DNA of 23,201 bases from Armatimonadota bacterium (GTDB lineage: Bacteria > Armatimonadota > Armatimonadia > Armatimonadales > Armatimonadaceae). Shown here piece by piece: positions 1 through 8,875 of the stretch; within the stretch, counting starts at the first letter, position 1; every line of letters begins with the position of its first letter. The stretch spans positions 1 through 23,201 of the forward strand of contig JAYUUO010000274.1 in NCBI GenBank assembly GCA_043754515.1. Direction: 5' to 3'. The notes beneath the pieces are model-generated. The model was given only the letters and a program-made list of their open reading frames with translations, made no database searches and was not told the origin of the DNA. Made by a program: the position numbers and the translations under genes.

Positions 1-2
1 CC

Positions 3-791
3 GGCTACGAGGGGCAGTTAGTGACGGCGACGCTTCGGCGCGGCAAGACCATCACACTCCCGGTGACGCTCGTCGCGTCGGCACCCGCGAACGTTGCCAC
101 GAAAGTGCTCCTCGCGTACCGCGTGCGGAAGGGGCAGACGCGCCGCTCCATCATCAACCTGACCCTGAAGGCGGTACGCGAGGAGCATGTTCTGAAATCG
201 ACTAGCGGACTGGTCAGCGAAGCCCGCGTGGAGTCCGTCGCCGCGAACGGCGACTTTAGCGTCGTGGACAAGAGCCGAACCGAGTCCATGGAAACAACGA
301 TGGACGGCGCGAAGCTGCCCTCGGACAGGGTGCCGGATGCCACTGCTCGGGTGACATGCCGGGCGAGCGGCGAGGTCATCGCCTACTCCGACAATGGCCT
401 GATCCCGGAGACCGGCGACGCCCACGCCGGGGCGCGGACGCAAATCGCGACCACCATCATTTTCCCCGCGACTCCCGTCGGGGTGGGCGACATCTGGACG
501 CACGAGTATACGGCGAACGCGCGGTTCGGCACCCCGAACGCCGTCGCCACATTTGAACTTGTCGGGTTCGGGAACAGCGACGGCGTTCCCTGTGTGCGGA
601 TTCGGTTCTCCTACAAAGAGACCGACGCCTACCCGATGTCCGTCCAAGGAGTCGCGTATCTAAACCGGGCGACCGGCGAAATGCTTCGCGGCGATATCTC
701 GGTGACCGGGTTCCCCATACTCCCGGACGGCGCACTGTCCGGGGAAGCGACGATGACATACCGGCCGGCAGCGGACAAGGGCGTGCAATAG
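3..791 (+). CDS. 5'-truncated protein: end of a PEGA-like domain followed by a beta-rich C-terminal domain (DUF6263-like); probably the tail of another caspase-PEGA paralog
   Basis: The frame is open from base 3: GYEGQLVTATLRRGKTITLPVTL closely matches PGYEGQLMSVTLLRGRTVNLPVTL (16149..18083) and PGYETVVMTVTLRRGKTEPLKVTL (13988..16111). The downstream FPATPVGVGDIWT resembles the P..PV.VGD.W motif of DUF6263-like domains. Stop TAG at 789-791. Confidence 0.75.
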   Translation, partial: GYEGQLVTATLRRGKTITLPVTLVASAPANVATKVLLAYRVRKGQTRRSIINLTLKAVREEHVLKSTSGLVSEARVESVAANGDFSVVDKSRTESMETTMDGAKLPSDRVPDATARVTCRASGEVIAYSDNGLIPETGDAHAGARTQIATTIIFPATPVGVGDIWTHEYTANARFGTPNAVATFELVGFGNSDGVPCVRIRFSYKETDAYPMSVQGVAYLNRATGEMLRGDISVTGFPILPDGALSGEATMTYRPAADKGVQ

Positions 792-980
792 CCCCCGCGC
801 CGCGAGCGTGATCCGCCCGCGTAGCCGGTACGTGGGTTTGTTCAGCGGGATGAGAAGGCGCGTGACGGCCCGGTTCAGGTCATCCGTTCTCACATGCCGC
901 CCAGGGTGCCGGGCGCGGTGAAGATGTGCCCTTGCACCGGAAAGCGTGGCAGTCAAGCTCAACTGCTCCGAGATAGATCC

Positions 981-1316
981 TCATGTCAGGTAGGCTTCAG
1001 TGCCACAAATCGGACAGATGCTGTGTTTCACGTGCCCTACGAGATCGTGCTTGTATGCTCCACACGTTCCGTACTCTGAAGCGTGTTCCTCAATGAGTTG
1101 CTCATCAATGCCCGCACACCACTCTTTGTCATCATTGGCTAAGAAAAATATCTCCCTTACTTCCTCGCAGTTATTTTCTTCATCCAGTTGCGTTATGACA
1201 AGAGCCATAGCGTATCTTTCCCGATGATGTTTGTGGTCCGCTCTCAACGAAAGTTCGCGGACAAAATCCGACAACTCTCTGTCAGTTACGTCAGATTTTA
1301 TTTTATCTAAATCCAC
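981..1316 (-). CDS. Small acidic hypothetical protein (111 aa) with a C-terminal Cys/His zinc-ribbon-like motif, in a low-GC islet
   Basis: GTG start with GGAG about 13 nt upstream. The ORF spans nearly all of the AT-richer segment. C-terminus is TCGAYKH...HSICPICGTEAYLT. Confidence 0.65.
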   Translation of the reverse strand: MDLDKIKSDVTDRELSDFVRELSLRADHKHHRERYAMALVITQLDEENNCEEVREIFFLANDDKEWCAGIDEQLIEEHASEYGTCGAYKHDLVGHVKHSICPICGTEAYLT

Positions 1317-1427
1317 GGTTGATTTTACCGCTCCATCCTACGCGGTGGGGAGATTGCACCATAGTCATGTTGCTAGCTTCAGATATATTGGCGGACGCAG
1401 AGGGCGGGAACGGCACGCCACACCCGA

Positions 1428-1455
1428 TGATCCTTTTCCCGCGTTCGCCGCGTCT
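1428..1455 (+). promoter_or_regulatory. Candidate ECF-type (possibly autoregulatory) promoter TGATCC-N17-CGTCT
   Basis: TGATCC (1428-1433) is followed by a T-tract and by CGTCT (1451-1455) directly upstream of an ECF sigma gene. A CGT(C/A) -10 element is typical of ECF promoters. Confidence 0.4.
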
Positions 1456-1506
1456 TTAATGAGGAAGGGCGGAACCGACAAGGCTCCGACGAAATCCGAG
1501 CCGAAC

Positions 1507-3099
1507 ATGACCGACGAATCAGCCACCGAATCCGACGCCGAACTGATCCGAGACGCACTCGCGGGTAGGCGGCTGGCGGGGGAGCGGCTGATCGAGCGGC
1601 ACCGCCGCTCCGTTCTCGCGCTTGCGTTCCGCGTGCTGGGAAACAGCGACGACGCGCAAGATGTGGCACAGGAGGTCTTGATGTACGCCTACCAGCGGCT
1701 CTCCGACGTGCGCGACCCGGACAGATTCGGCGGCTGGCTCCGACAGGTCACCCTGACTATAAGCGCGGACTACCGGCGGAGGCGCGGCACGCGTCGCTTG
1801 GGGGAGCCTATGACGTGCGCGGACGAGGCCGGCGCGAGGGAGACATTCGCCGAGAGTCTGACGACCCGCGAGGCGGTTAGTCACCTGTCCGGGGATCTGC
1901 GGACGACGCTCCTGTTGCGCTACGTCGGCGGATGGTCCGTAAACGAAGTCGCGGTGATAACAAACGCCCCGATCAACACCGTGCGTAGCCGATTGATGGC
2001 GGGGAAGCGTTCCCTCCGCGCCACGCTGGGCGAGGCTTTCGGCCCCGCCCCCGACCGGACCGTTTTTACAAACCGCTCCGTTTCGACCAGAGGAAAAACG
2101 ATGACAACCGACAACCATGACCTGACCGAGAACCACATTGCTCTGATCCAGAAACTTTTCCCCGGCGCGGAGCCGCTCTCGGTGAAATACCAGCCCGAAC
2201 TCTGGCAACCGTTCTCCCCCCGGGTCCGATTGCGATTGGCGGGCGGCGCGGAGACCACGGTTGACTTCCGGGGCGACCTGTCCCCCGCGAGAATACCGCT
2301 ACTGTCGCTACTGGAGCGGCTGGATATACCGGGGCCGCGTATACTTGCGGGGCGGGAGACGCCGGAGGGCTACCTGACGCTGTGCGAGAAGGCGCGGGGG
2401 GAGAACCTGACTCTCTGGGCACTCGGGGGCACCCCGCACCGAATTCGACTGGCGACGGAGCGGGCGATCGAAGGGATTGATCGGTTGCAGGGGGTGACGG
2501 ACGCCCTGATAGCCGACCCCGTCGGTAGCAAGATTCCGCGCCGTACCCTGTCGGACGAGGTGGCGATCCTCACGGACGACTCCCTGTGGGCCGCCGATTC
2601 CTGGCTCGCCGAGGAGGGGAAGTCGCGCCGGGACTGGCTAAGCGATCCGTGGTTCGCGGCGGCAGTCGCCCGCGTCCGGGACGCCGCCCGTGACATCACC
2701 ACGCCGCTCGTTTACACCCACTACATGCAGTTCTTCCCCCAGAACTACCGGATCGCGCCCGGTACCGCCCCGACCGACGAGCCGCTCGGGTATCCCGGCG
2801 ACCCCCACTACCAGCAGAACCCGCTGGTGGAATTTGTGTTCCCCTTCGGGCACTTCGGCGACCCGGTGTTGGGCCTCGCCATGGTCTGGGTGCAGGACTG
2901 CTATCCGTTCGTTCACACCGGATTCGTGGAGCAGTTCCTCTGGCGGCGGGGCGTCACCCGGCGGGAGTTCGCGCCCCGTCTCGCGATCAAGGCCATGCAA
3001 ATGGTCGCGCGAGAACTGCCCCTCGCGCGTCCCGCCGAAGGCGGCGGGTACTGGGACAGCCTGCGCGGGTGGGCGGAGCAGGGGCTGGCATGGATGTAA
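1507..3099 (+). CDS. ECF RNA polymerase sigma factor (sigma70 regions 2 and 4) with a C-terminal APH/protein-kinase-like (probably inactive) extension
   Basis: N-terminus SDAELIRDALAG...DAQDVAQEV...RFGGWLRQV (region 2) and LLLRYVGGWSVNEVAVITNAPINTVRSRL (region 4 HTH). The C-terminal part has an APH-like layout (LLERLDIPGPRIL, PLVYTH....PQN, GDPVLGLA). Start placed at ATG 1507 (alternative 1459); the ORF-track start at 1231 lies in the low-GC islet. Confidence 0.85.
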   Translation: MTDESATESDAELIRDALAGRRLAGERLIERHRRSVLALAFRVLGNSDDAQDVAQEVLMYAYQRLSDVRDPDRFGGWLRQVTLTISADYRRRRGTRRLGEPMTCADEAGARETFAESLTTREAVSHLSGDLRTTLLLRYVGGWSVNEVAVITNAPINTVRSRLMAGKRSLRATLGEAFGPAPDRTVFTNRSVSTRGKTMTTDNHDLTENHIALIQKLFPGAEPLSVKYQPELWQPFSPRVRLRLAGGAETTVDFRGDLSPARIPLLSLLERLDIPGPRILAGRETPEGYLTLCEKARGENLTLWALGGTPHRIRLATERAIEGIDRLQGVTDALIADPVGSKIPRRTLSDEVAILTDDSLWAADSWLAEEGKSRRDWLSDPWFAAAVARVRDAARDITTPLVYTHYMQFFPQNYRIAPGTAPTDEPLGYPGDPHYQQNPLVEFVFPFGHFGDPVLGLAMVWVQDCYPFVHTGFVEQFLWRRGVTRREFAPRLAIKAMQMVARELPLARPAEGGGYWDSLRGWAEQGLAWM

Positions 3100-3155
3100 G
3101 GCGGTGCCGGGTTTAGCCGGGGGATCGGTCAGGCCGCGCACGGCGGTCCGACCCT

Positions 3156-4592
3156 TTACGGGACGACCTCGAAGTGCAGGTCGTCGGTCACGAAAGTGGG
3201 GGCACCCCCCGCCGCGCGGACCTTTCTCAGGCTGCGCCCGCGTGCGCCGGCGATAGGCAATGTCCGGCGCCCGTCCGCGCCGGGCGGGGGGAACGCATCG
3301 AGCACCGCGCGGGCGGACTCCTCGTCCGTGAACAGGATCGCTTTGATCCGCTCGTCGCCCTCGGTGTCCGCGACGAAGGTGCCGAGTGTGATGCGCTGAC
3401 CCGCGACCGCGGCGACGGGCACGGGGGACTCGTCGGGGTAGATCAGGTTTATATCGCCCGCCGTCCCGCGCTCCATTACCACCAGGTACCCCGGCTGCAT
3501 TGCCAGCACCGCGAGCGTGATCCGCTCCCCTTTTTTGTTGGTGGACTGGTCAGGCGACATGATCAGGCGCAGAGCGGCACGGTTCGGGTTGTCTGTGTTG
3601 TATTCCCCCCACAGATTTCGCTCTCCGACACGCCCCGCGTTAGCCGTTCCCGATGTTTTGGCCGGGGTGGGGGACTGAGGTGCTAGGAAGTTCAGCCCCC
3701 GGAATGTCGGCGTCAGGGCGGGGTGTTGCTGATCGCCGGTACTAAAAGCGACTTCGGCGGCGACGGCGGTCTGCACGTCCGACCAGCGTAGCGCGGCACT
3801 CCCGGACTGGCCCAGAACATGCAACAGGCAGTAGGTGAAGACCCCGCGCGGCTCGCCCCCGAGGCGCTTCTCCGCCGCCTGTTCGGCGGGGCGTGCCGCG
3901 ACGAAATAGCAGATACTCGCGTCGCTCGCGGCGGCGAAGGCGAGGCTAGCACTGCCCGAGAGCGACGTCTGATCGCTGCCGCTGTCGCGGAAGCCGCCCG
4001 CGACGCCGTCCGCCCGGACGCCGCTCCGGGCCTTGCTCCAGTAGCGCGTCTTTACTGTCTTGTCCTGCTTTTTGACCGAGCGCATCATCGCGCCGGAAAA
4101 GCACGAGTCGAGGAACACGGTGCGCGAGGAAGCCGGCACGGCACGCACCAGCGTTTCCAATTCCGTGGCGGCGATGTCATGCGCGGTGCCGTCCCGGTCG
4201 GTATCGGCGGGGAGGATGAACCCCGTGTTGCCGCCGTCGCTCGTGCCGTGCCCCGCGAACGCGAAGACGAACGGCACCCCGCTGCTCCCCCGCGTTTTAG
4301 CGTCGGCGAGCGCGGCGCGTATGGCGTCGCGGGATGCGTTCGTTAGCACGGTGACCGTGAAACCACGCGCCGTGAGCACCGCGCCCAGACGCGTCGCGTC
4401 GTTCACGCACCCGGTGAGTTGCGCCGCGTCATCGAGCGCGGGGTAGTGGTCAACGCCGACCACGACCGCGATTCCGGCGGGGGGCGACGCGGCTACCGGG
4501 CCTTGCGCGGACGCGAATGGCAGAGCCGCAGGACCTGAAATCGCGGGGCACAGGATGACTGCGGCCGCGTGAATGATGAAACGTACTCTCAT
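3156..4592 (-). CDS. Exported caspase-family (peptidase C14, metacaspase-like) protease with C-terminal DUF4384-like domain
   Basis: Signal-like N-terminus (MRVRFIIHAAAVILC...ASAQ); VVVGVDHYP...LTGCVNDA; catalytic His in FAGHG and Cys in FLDSCFSG; GVFTYCLL; C-terminal GERITL...PGYLVVM...INLIYP. Real start taken as ATG 4592, 14 nt after the upstream stop. Confidence 0.9.
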   Translation of the reverse strand: MRVRFIIHAAAVILCPAISGPAALPFASAQGPVAASPPAGIAVVVGVDHYPALDDAAQLTGCVNDATRLGAVLTARGFTVTVLTNASRDAIRAALADAKTRGSSGVPFVFAFAGHGTSDGGNTGFILPADTDRDGTAHDIAATELETLVRAVPASSRTVFLDSCFSGAMMRSVKKQDKTVKTRYWSKARSGVRADGVAGGFRDSGSDQTSLSGSASLAFAAASDASICYFVAARPAEQAAEKRLGGEPRGVFTYCLLHVLGQSGSAALRWSDVQTAVAAEVAFSTGDQQHPALTPTFRGLNFLAPQSPTPAKTSGTANAGRVGERNLWGEYNTDNPNRAALRLIMSPDQSTNKKGERITLAVLAMQPGYLVVMERGTAGDINLIYPDESPVPVAAVAGQRITLGTFVADTEGDERIKAILFTDEESARAVLDAFPPPGADGRRTLPIAGARGRSLRKVRAAGGAPTFVTDDLHFEVVP

Positions 4593-4606
4593 TAGCGTGG
4601 GGGCTG

Positions 4607-6811
4607 TTACGGCGCGGAAATGACGCAACGGAACCCGACATCCTCCTGACCTATATTCGGGAGCGAAAAGGCTCGCAATGTGACGCCTAGATCGGCGGCG
4701 ACCGCCGGGAGCAGGAACGACCCGCCGCGCAGACAGTAATTCTTTTTGTTGGCGTTCGTGTCGAACCCCGCGTTGCCCGGATATGCCTCGTAGACGGAGT
4801 CGCACCACTCCCAGACGTTGCCCAGCATATCGAGCGCGCCGTAAGGACTGGCACCGCCGGGGAGCGAACCGACCGGCAGGGCGCGACGGATACCGTAGGA
4901 TCGCCCGTTCTGGAGGAGCGGGTTTGCGACCGTGCCATAGGGGAACGGCCGCTCGTCCGTGCCCCGCGCCGCCTTCTCCCACTCGGCCTCCGTCGGCAGT
5001 CGCTTGCCTGCCCAGACCGCGTACGCCCGCGCGTCGTCGAGAGTCACCCGCGCCGCCGGAAGTTTCCCCTCTTCCACGCCGGACGGCGGGACCCAATCGC
5101 CCTTCACCTTGTAGCTGGTCTCCTTGACGAACTCGGCGTACCGCGCGGCGGTGGTTTCCGTCCGGTCAACCCAGAATCCGGCGACGGTGACACTATGGCG
5201 CGGGCGGGCGTTCGCGGTGTCGTCGCTCCCCATGATAAAGGCGCCTGGCGCGACGAACACCATGGCGGCGTGATCCTTCTGCCACACGGAACCGCCACCT
5301 TCCGCGCCCGACAGGCCCGCCGGGGTCTCGCCCGGACCCGGCGCCCGTAGCCCAGGCAGTGTTTTGCTCAAGGGGATTCTGACCAGCACCGCGCCGCCTT
5401 TCGGGACCAACGCCGTTTGTTCACTCGTCGCGAACCCGTCCCGCTCGGCGCGGATCGCGTGGCTGCCGGCGGGTAGGTTCGCGAAGCGGGTCAGTGGCGC
5501 GAGGGTGGCCCCCGTGTCACGCCCGTCCACCGATATGCGCGCGCCCGTCTCCGTTTCGAGCAGCAAGTCGCCCTGGGTTTCCTCGACGCGTAGCACATAG
5601 CTACGGAACGCCGGGCGCACCGGGCTGACGAACACCTCCTCGGTCTCCGGCAAGTACCCCGGCTTGTAGACCGTGATCCGGTGCGAACCGCGTCCGAGCG
5701 CGGCGGAGAACGGGGTCACTCGCGGTTCGGTCTCCCGGTCGATATACACCGTCGCGCCGAGCGGGCTGGTGGTGACTTTCAGGCTACCGCTCCCCGCGAC
5801 TTCGCCCGCCGCGCCCGTGGGGGCCGACAGGCTAAGTACACCCGCTACCGACGTCGCGAGGATCGGCGTCTGCGGCGCGCGGGTGTTGTCCGTGCCGCCT
5901 TTACGGAGCTGGGTGTACACATAGCGGTACAAGCCGTCCACGCTCACCTGGCCCGTCGCCGGATCGGCGGCCTCGCCATCCAGCCCTTGCAGGAGGTAGT
6001 AGGTGAACGCGCCGTGTTTCAGGTCGTCGTACTCGAACGCCCGCTCGCCGGGGTCGCAACCCGTCATCACGGCCCGCCCGCGCCCCGACAATGCCAGCGA
6101 GTCCACGAACCCGCTTTTGATGCGCCCCTCGACGCTGACTCCGGGACGCGGGAAAGATCGTGCGTGGGGCGCGCCGCCGGCCGCGCTCGCCGCGGTGCCG
6201 CTGTAGCAGCAGTCGAGTAACACCACGGTCTGCTCGGAGCGCAGGCGCAGGAGCGAGGCACTCAGGTCGTCCATCGGCACCGCCGTGCCGAAAAGGTCGT
6301 CGGTGCGGGCGTCGTAAGGGATCAGATATTTACGGATCCCGTCTTCAGCGACGCCAGGGTCGAGGTCGGGCGCGCCGTGCCCGCTAAAATAGATTACCAC
6401 CATATCCTGCCGGCCCGCGACCTGGGGGAGCCAGGTGCCGAGCGCGGTGCGGATGTTCGCGGCGGTGGCGTCCTCGTCCACCAGGAGTTTGATGTGGTCG
6501 CGCGCGAAACTGCTCCGCTTCTCCAGCATGTCGGCGACGGAGCGGGCGTCCGCCGCCGGGTAGCGCAACTGGATCGCTGGGTCGCGGTACTTGCCGACCC
6601 CGATCACAACCGCCCAACGGTCCGCCGCGCCCTGCTCGTCAAGGCCGCGCACGCGGACCAGGTCTCGCGGCCTGCCGGGCGTTGGTTCGGTCGCGGTCGG
6701 CGTTTGCGCCCGTGCCCCGACCGCCACCATTGAGGCGGCCGCGAACAAACACGTCAGCAGTGCCCGCACGTGCATTCCGCCCCGTTTCCGTCCTCTGGTC
6801 ATTGTTCGCAT
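4607..6811 (-). CDS. Exported caspase-family protease with two PEGA domains and a C-terminal FGE-sulfatase (SUMF1/EgtB/PvdO-like) domain
   Basis: Signal peptide ending ARAQ; RWAVVIGVGKY, FSGHG, LLDCCYSG, HGAFTYYLLQGLDGEA; PEGA-like GSLKVTTSPLGATVYID...KPGY and GARISVDG...RDGF; FGE motifs RLPTEAEWEKAARG, DMLGNVWEWC, RGGSF, GFRCV. Start uncertain (GTG 6844, ATG 6811 with GGGAG, 6802 or 6775). Confidence 0.9.
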   Translation of the reverse strand: MRTMTRGRKRGGMHVRALLTCLFAAASMVAVGARAQTPTATEPTPGRPRDLVRVRGLDEQGAADRWAVVIGVGKYRDPAIQLRYPAADARSVADMLEKRSSFARDHIKLLVDEDATAANIRTALGTWLPQVAGRQDMVVIYFSGHGAPDLDPGVAEDGIRKYLIPYDARTDDLFGTAVPMDDLSASLLRLRSEQTVVLLDCCYSGTAASAAGGAPHARSFPRPGVSVEGRIKSGFVDSLALSGRGRAVMTGCDPGERAFEYDDLKHGAFTYYLLQGLDGEAADPATGQVSVDGLYRYVYTQLRKGGTDNTRAPQTPILATSVAGVLSLSAPTGAAGEVAGSGSLKVTTSPLGATVYIDRETEPRVTPFSAALGRGSHRITVYKPGYLPETEEVFVSPVRPAFRSYVLRVEETQGDLLLETETGARISVDGRDTGATLAPLTRFANLPAGSHAIRAERDGFATSEQTALVPKGGAVLVRIPLSKTLPGLRAPGPGETPAGLSGAEGGGSVWQKDHAAMVFVAPGAFIMGSDDTANARPRHSVTVAGFWVDRTETTAARYAEFVKETSYKVKGDWVPPSGVEEGKLPAARVTLDDARAYAVWAGKRLPTEAEWEKAARGTDERPFPYGTVANPLLQNGRSYGIRRALPVGSLPGGASPYGALDMLGNVWEWCDSVYEAYPGNAGFDTNANKKNYCLRGGSFLLPAVAADLGVTLRAFSLPNIGQEDVGFRCVISAP

Positions 6812-6850
6812 TTGACTCCCGTCATCGGCCGATGACACATTCACGCCTCA

Positions 6851-8752
6851 TCACTTCGGTAGGGCGATCTCGGATAACTTCCCGTCGTCGGACATCACAT
6901 ATAACTTGTCGCCCGCGATGTATGGCTCGCCGCACACCTTGCCGTTCGTCTCGTACTTCCAGATGAGCTGTCCGGTACGCGCGTCCAGAGCGTAGACGTG
7001 CGTATCCATGCTACCCACGTAGACGATGCCCTCGCTCACGAGCGGCACCGAGAGCGGGGCGGTCGCGTTTTTGAACGTCCACGCGACGGAGCCGTCCTGC
7101 CGACTGATGGCAATCATCTCGTTGTCGGACGTCGTGCAGTAAAGGAACTGGTCGCCGATCACCGTGGTACCGGCGTACTCGCCTTTGGTGAAAATCTCGT
7201 GGTGCCAGAGCAGTTTCCCCGCCTCCGCGTCCGCCGCGAACACCTCCCGCGCCGTGGTGCCGTAGCAAAACTTGTGGTTCGCGCTCATCAGAAGGGTCCC
7301 CGCGAGTGCCGCCTTGCTTCGGGAGGAGGGTACGGCGATGCTCCACAGCGGCGTCAGTTTGCCGCTTCTTTTGAGCGAGGCTATGTCGAGCGAGACGCAT
7401 TCCAGCACGGCACCGCCGTCCTGCTCCAGGCGGAATGGCTCGCGCCTGGTCCCGCTCCCGGTCAGTTTAGTCGGCATCGCCATCGTCCATACCTTTTCGC
7501 TGTCGGCCCCGGCGATGGTGTAGTAGCGGGCGTTGGCGTCGCCTCCCTGCTCGCTCTTCTCCCACACCGGCTTGCCGTCCGCGAGATTCAGAACCCCGAT
7601 CACGTCCAGGCCACCGTAAACAACCTTGTCGCCGACGATCACCGGTTGCGACGGGAAGTGCGATTCGTGCTCCCAGCGGAACACGCCGCTCTCCTTATCC
7701 ACGCAAGCGATGACGCCCCCGTCGTAGATATGTCGCTTGCTCTTCAGGGAGGGCATCCCGGTCAGGAAGCTTGAGAAGTCTTCGCTCGCCTCCGTCACCG
7801 CCTGGAAAAACATCACCCCGGACGCGGTGAGGATCCGCGACGTCCCCACGGTGGGCGGGAAAAACATCGGGTACTTGTTCTCGAACACCCACTCGCGTTG
7901 CATGGTCGCCAGATCCACGCAGTAGAGCACGCCGTTGGTCGCGCCGAAGACGACGTTCGCCCCGGAGATGCGCGGCGACGTGAAGGTGTTGACCCAGAAG
8001 CCGGTGTTCCGTCGCCATTCCTGTAGTGCCCTCGCGTTCCGCGCGTTCTCGCGCCCGGCGGCGACGGAGCGGAACTCCAGGGACCGGATCGGCGTGGAGG
8101 CAGTGCGCCCGCCGTCATACTGTATCGCGGCGACACGGGGCGGCTCGCCCGCGCCGACGACCAGATTCTCGGAAGCGAGTCGCTCCCTGATCGTGGACGA
8201 ATGCAGTATCAGGCAGGGAGACGCACTCCCCGTCGCGGGGGGGAGCGTCAGCCCGAACACGACCCCGGTTTCCGGGTCGAACAGCACCGCGCCGGAAGCG
8301 AGCGCGCCGCCGATGACGTTCGCCTCGTAGTAGGAGCCGTCGCGCCCTTGCTCGGGGACGCGGCGGCGGACGCGCAGAATCGCCGCGTCATACCCGACCA
8401 TGGCCGCGTCCGCCGGGCCGCCCTCCGGCAGTCCCCAAACGCGCAGCCGGGCGGCGGTGACCGCCTGCTTATCGGAGAGCGGCGTGATCGGGAACGGCTT
8501 CTGCCGCGAAACCCGCAGGAACGTGATCCCGTAATGAACCGACACCGACAGCACAGTGGCCGGGTACCGCTCGCCTTCAAACGTTACCGTCCAATCCTTC
8601 CCTGGTTTCGTGGGCGTCGGCACGACCAGCACGCCGTCCGCGTTCAGAAAAAACCCGGTCAGGGCAATATCGCCGGTCTGCGCCACGGGGAGGACGGGGG
8701 GCGGCGACACGGCGGCGTAGGCGACGACCGCGGGTAGGCAGGGTAAAAACAT
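6851..8752 (-). CDS. Degenerate trypsin-like domain plus PQQ/BamB-type beta-propeller repeats (probable pseudoprotease)
   Basis: N-terminal TGFFLNADGVLVV...ASGAVLFDPETGVVFG aligns by eye with the neighbouring trypsin domain. Propeller repeats include VVFGATNGVLYCVDLATMQREWVF and VYVGSMDTHVYALDARTGQLIWKY. ATG preceded by AAAGGAA. Confidence 0.8.
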   Translation of the reverse strand: MFLPCLPAVVAYAAVSPPPVLPVAQTGDIALTGFFLNADGVLVVPTPTKPGKDWTVTFEGERYPATVLSVSVHYGITFLRVSRQKPFPITPLSDKQAVTAARLRVWGLPEGGPADAAMVGYDAAILRVRRRVPEQGRDGSYYEANVIGGALASGAVLFDPETGVVFGLTLPPATGSASPCLILHSSTIRERLASENLVVGAGEPPRVAAIQYDGGRTASTPIRSLEFRSVAAGRENARNARALQEWRRNTGFWVNTFTSPRISGANVVFGATNGVLYCVDLATMQREWVFENKYPMFFPPTVGTSRILTASGVMFFQAVTEASEDFSSFLTGMPSLKSKRHIYDGGVIACVDKESGVFRWEHESHFPSQPVIVGDKVVYGGLDVIGVLNLADGKPVWEKSEQGGDANARYYTIAGADSEKVWTMAMPTKLTGSGTRREPFRLEQDGGAVLECVSLDIASLKRSGKLTPLWSIAVPSSRSKAALAGTLLMSANHKFCYGTTAREVFAADAEAGKLLWHHEIFTKGEYAGTTVIGDQFLYCTTSDNEMIAISRQDGSVAWTFKNATAPLSVPLVSEGIVYVGSMDTHVYALDARTGQLIWKYETNGKVCGEPYIAGDKLYVMSDDGKLSEIALPK

Positions 8753-8826
8753 AGCGCGTTCCTTTTCTCGTTGACTCGTTGTCCCGGTCGCGGGGCGGGT
8801 GGGATCTTATCCGGCGGTAACATGGC

Positions 8827-8863
8827 GGGTGCTTCCGGGGGACGGACAACCCCCGGAGCACCC
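8827..8863 (-). terminator. GC-rich stem-loop just downstream of the trypsin-PQQ gene (stabilising hairpin or weak terminator)
   Basis: GGGTGCTTCCGGGGG (8827-8841) pairs with CCCCCGGAGCACCC (8850-8863) with one bulge; 12 nt after the stop; no clear U-tract. Confidence 0.5.
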
Positions 8864-8875
8864 ATGCTCGGGCGG

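Noticed and set aside
792..980. Structured ncRNA or integron attC site (several imperfect hairpins near 851-892, 916-939, 949-966)
   Set aside because: Stems are short and imperfect in GC-rich sequence; no RYYYAAC...GTTRRRY core after the stop; no recognisable Rfam-like motif.
951..1388. Possible direct repeats flanking the low-GC islet (AGTCA...AGATAGAT vs AGTCA...AGATATAT)
   Set aside because: Similarity needs several gaps and mismatches; not distinguishable from chance.
1231..1458. N-terminal extension of the ECF ORF
   Set aside because: Overlaps the antisense low-GC ORF and the probable promoter; ECF homology starts at MTDES (1507).
4593..5096. N-terminal extension of the 646-aa ORF
   Set aside because: Overlaps the FGE domain of the upstream gene in another frame; the signal peptide begins at ATG 4592.
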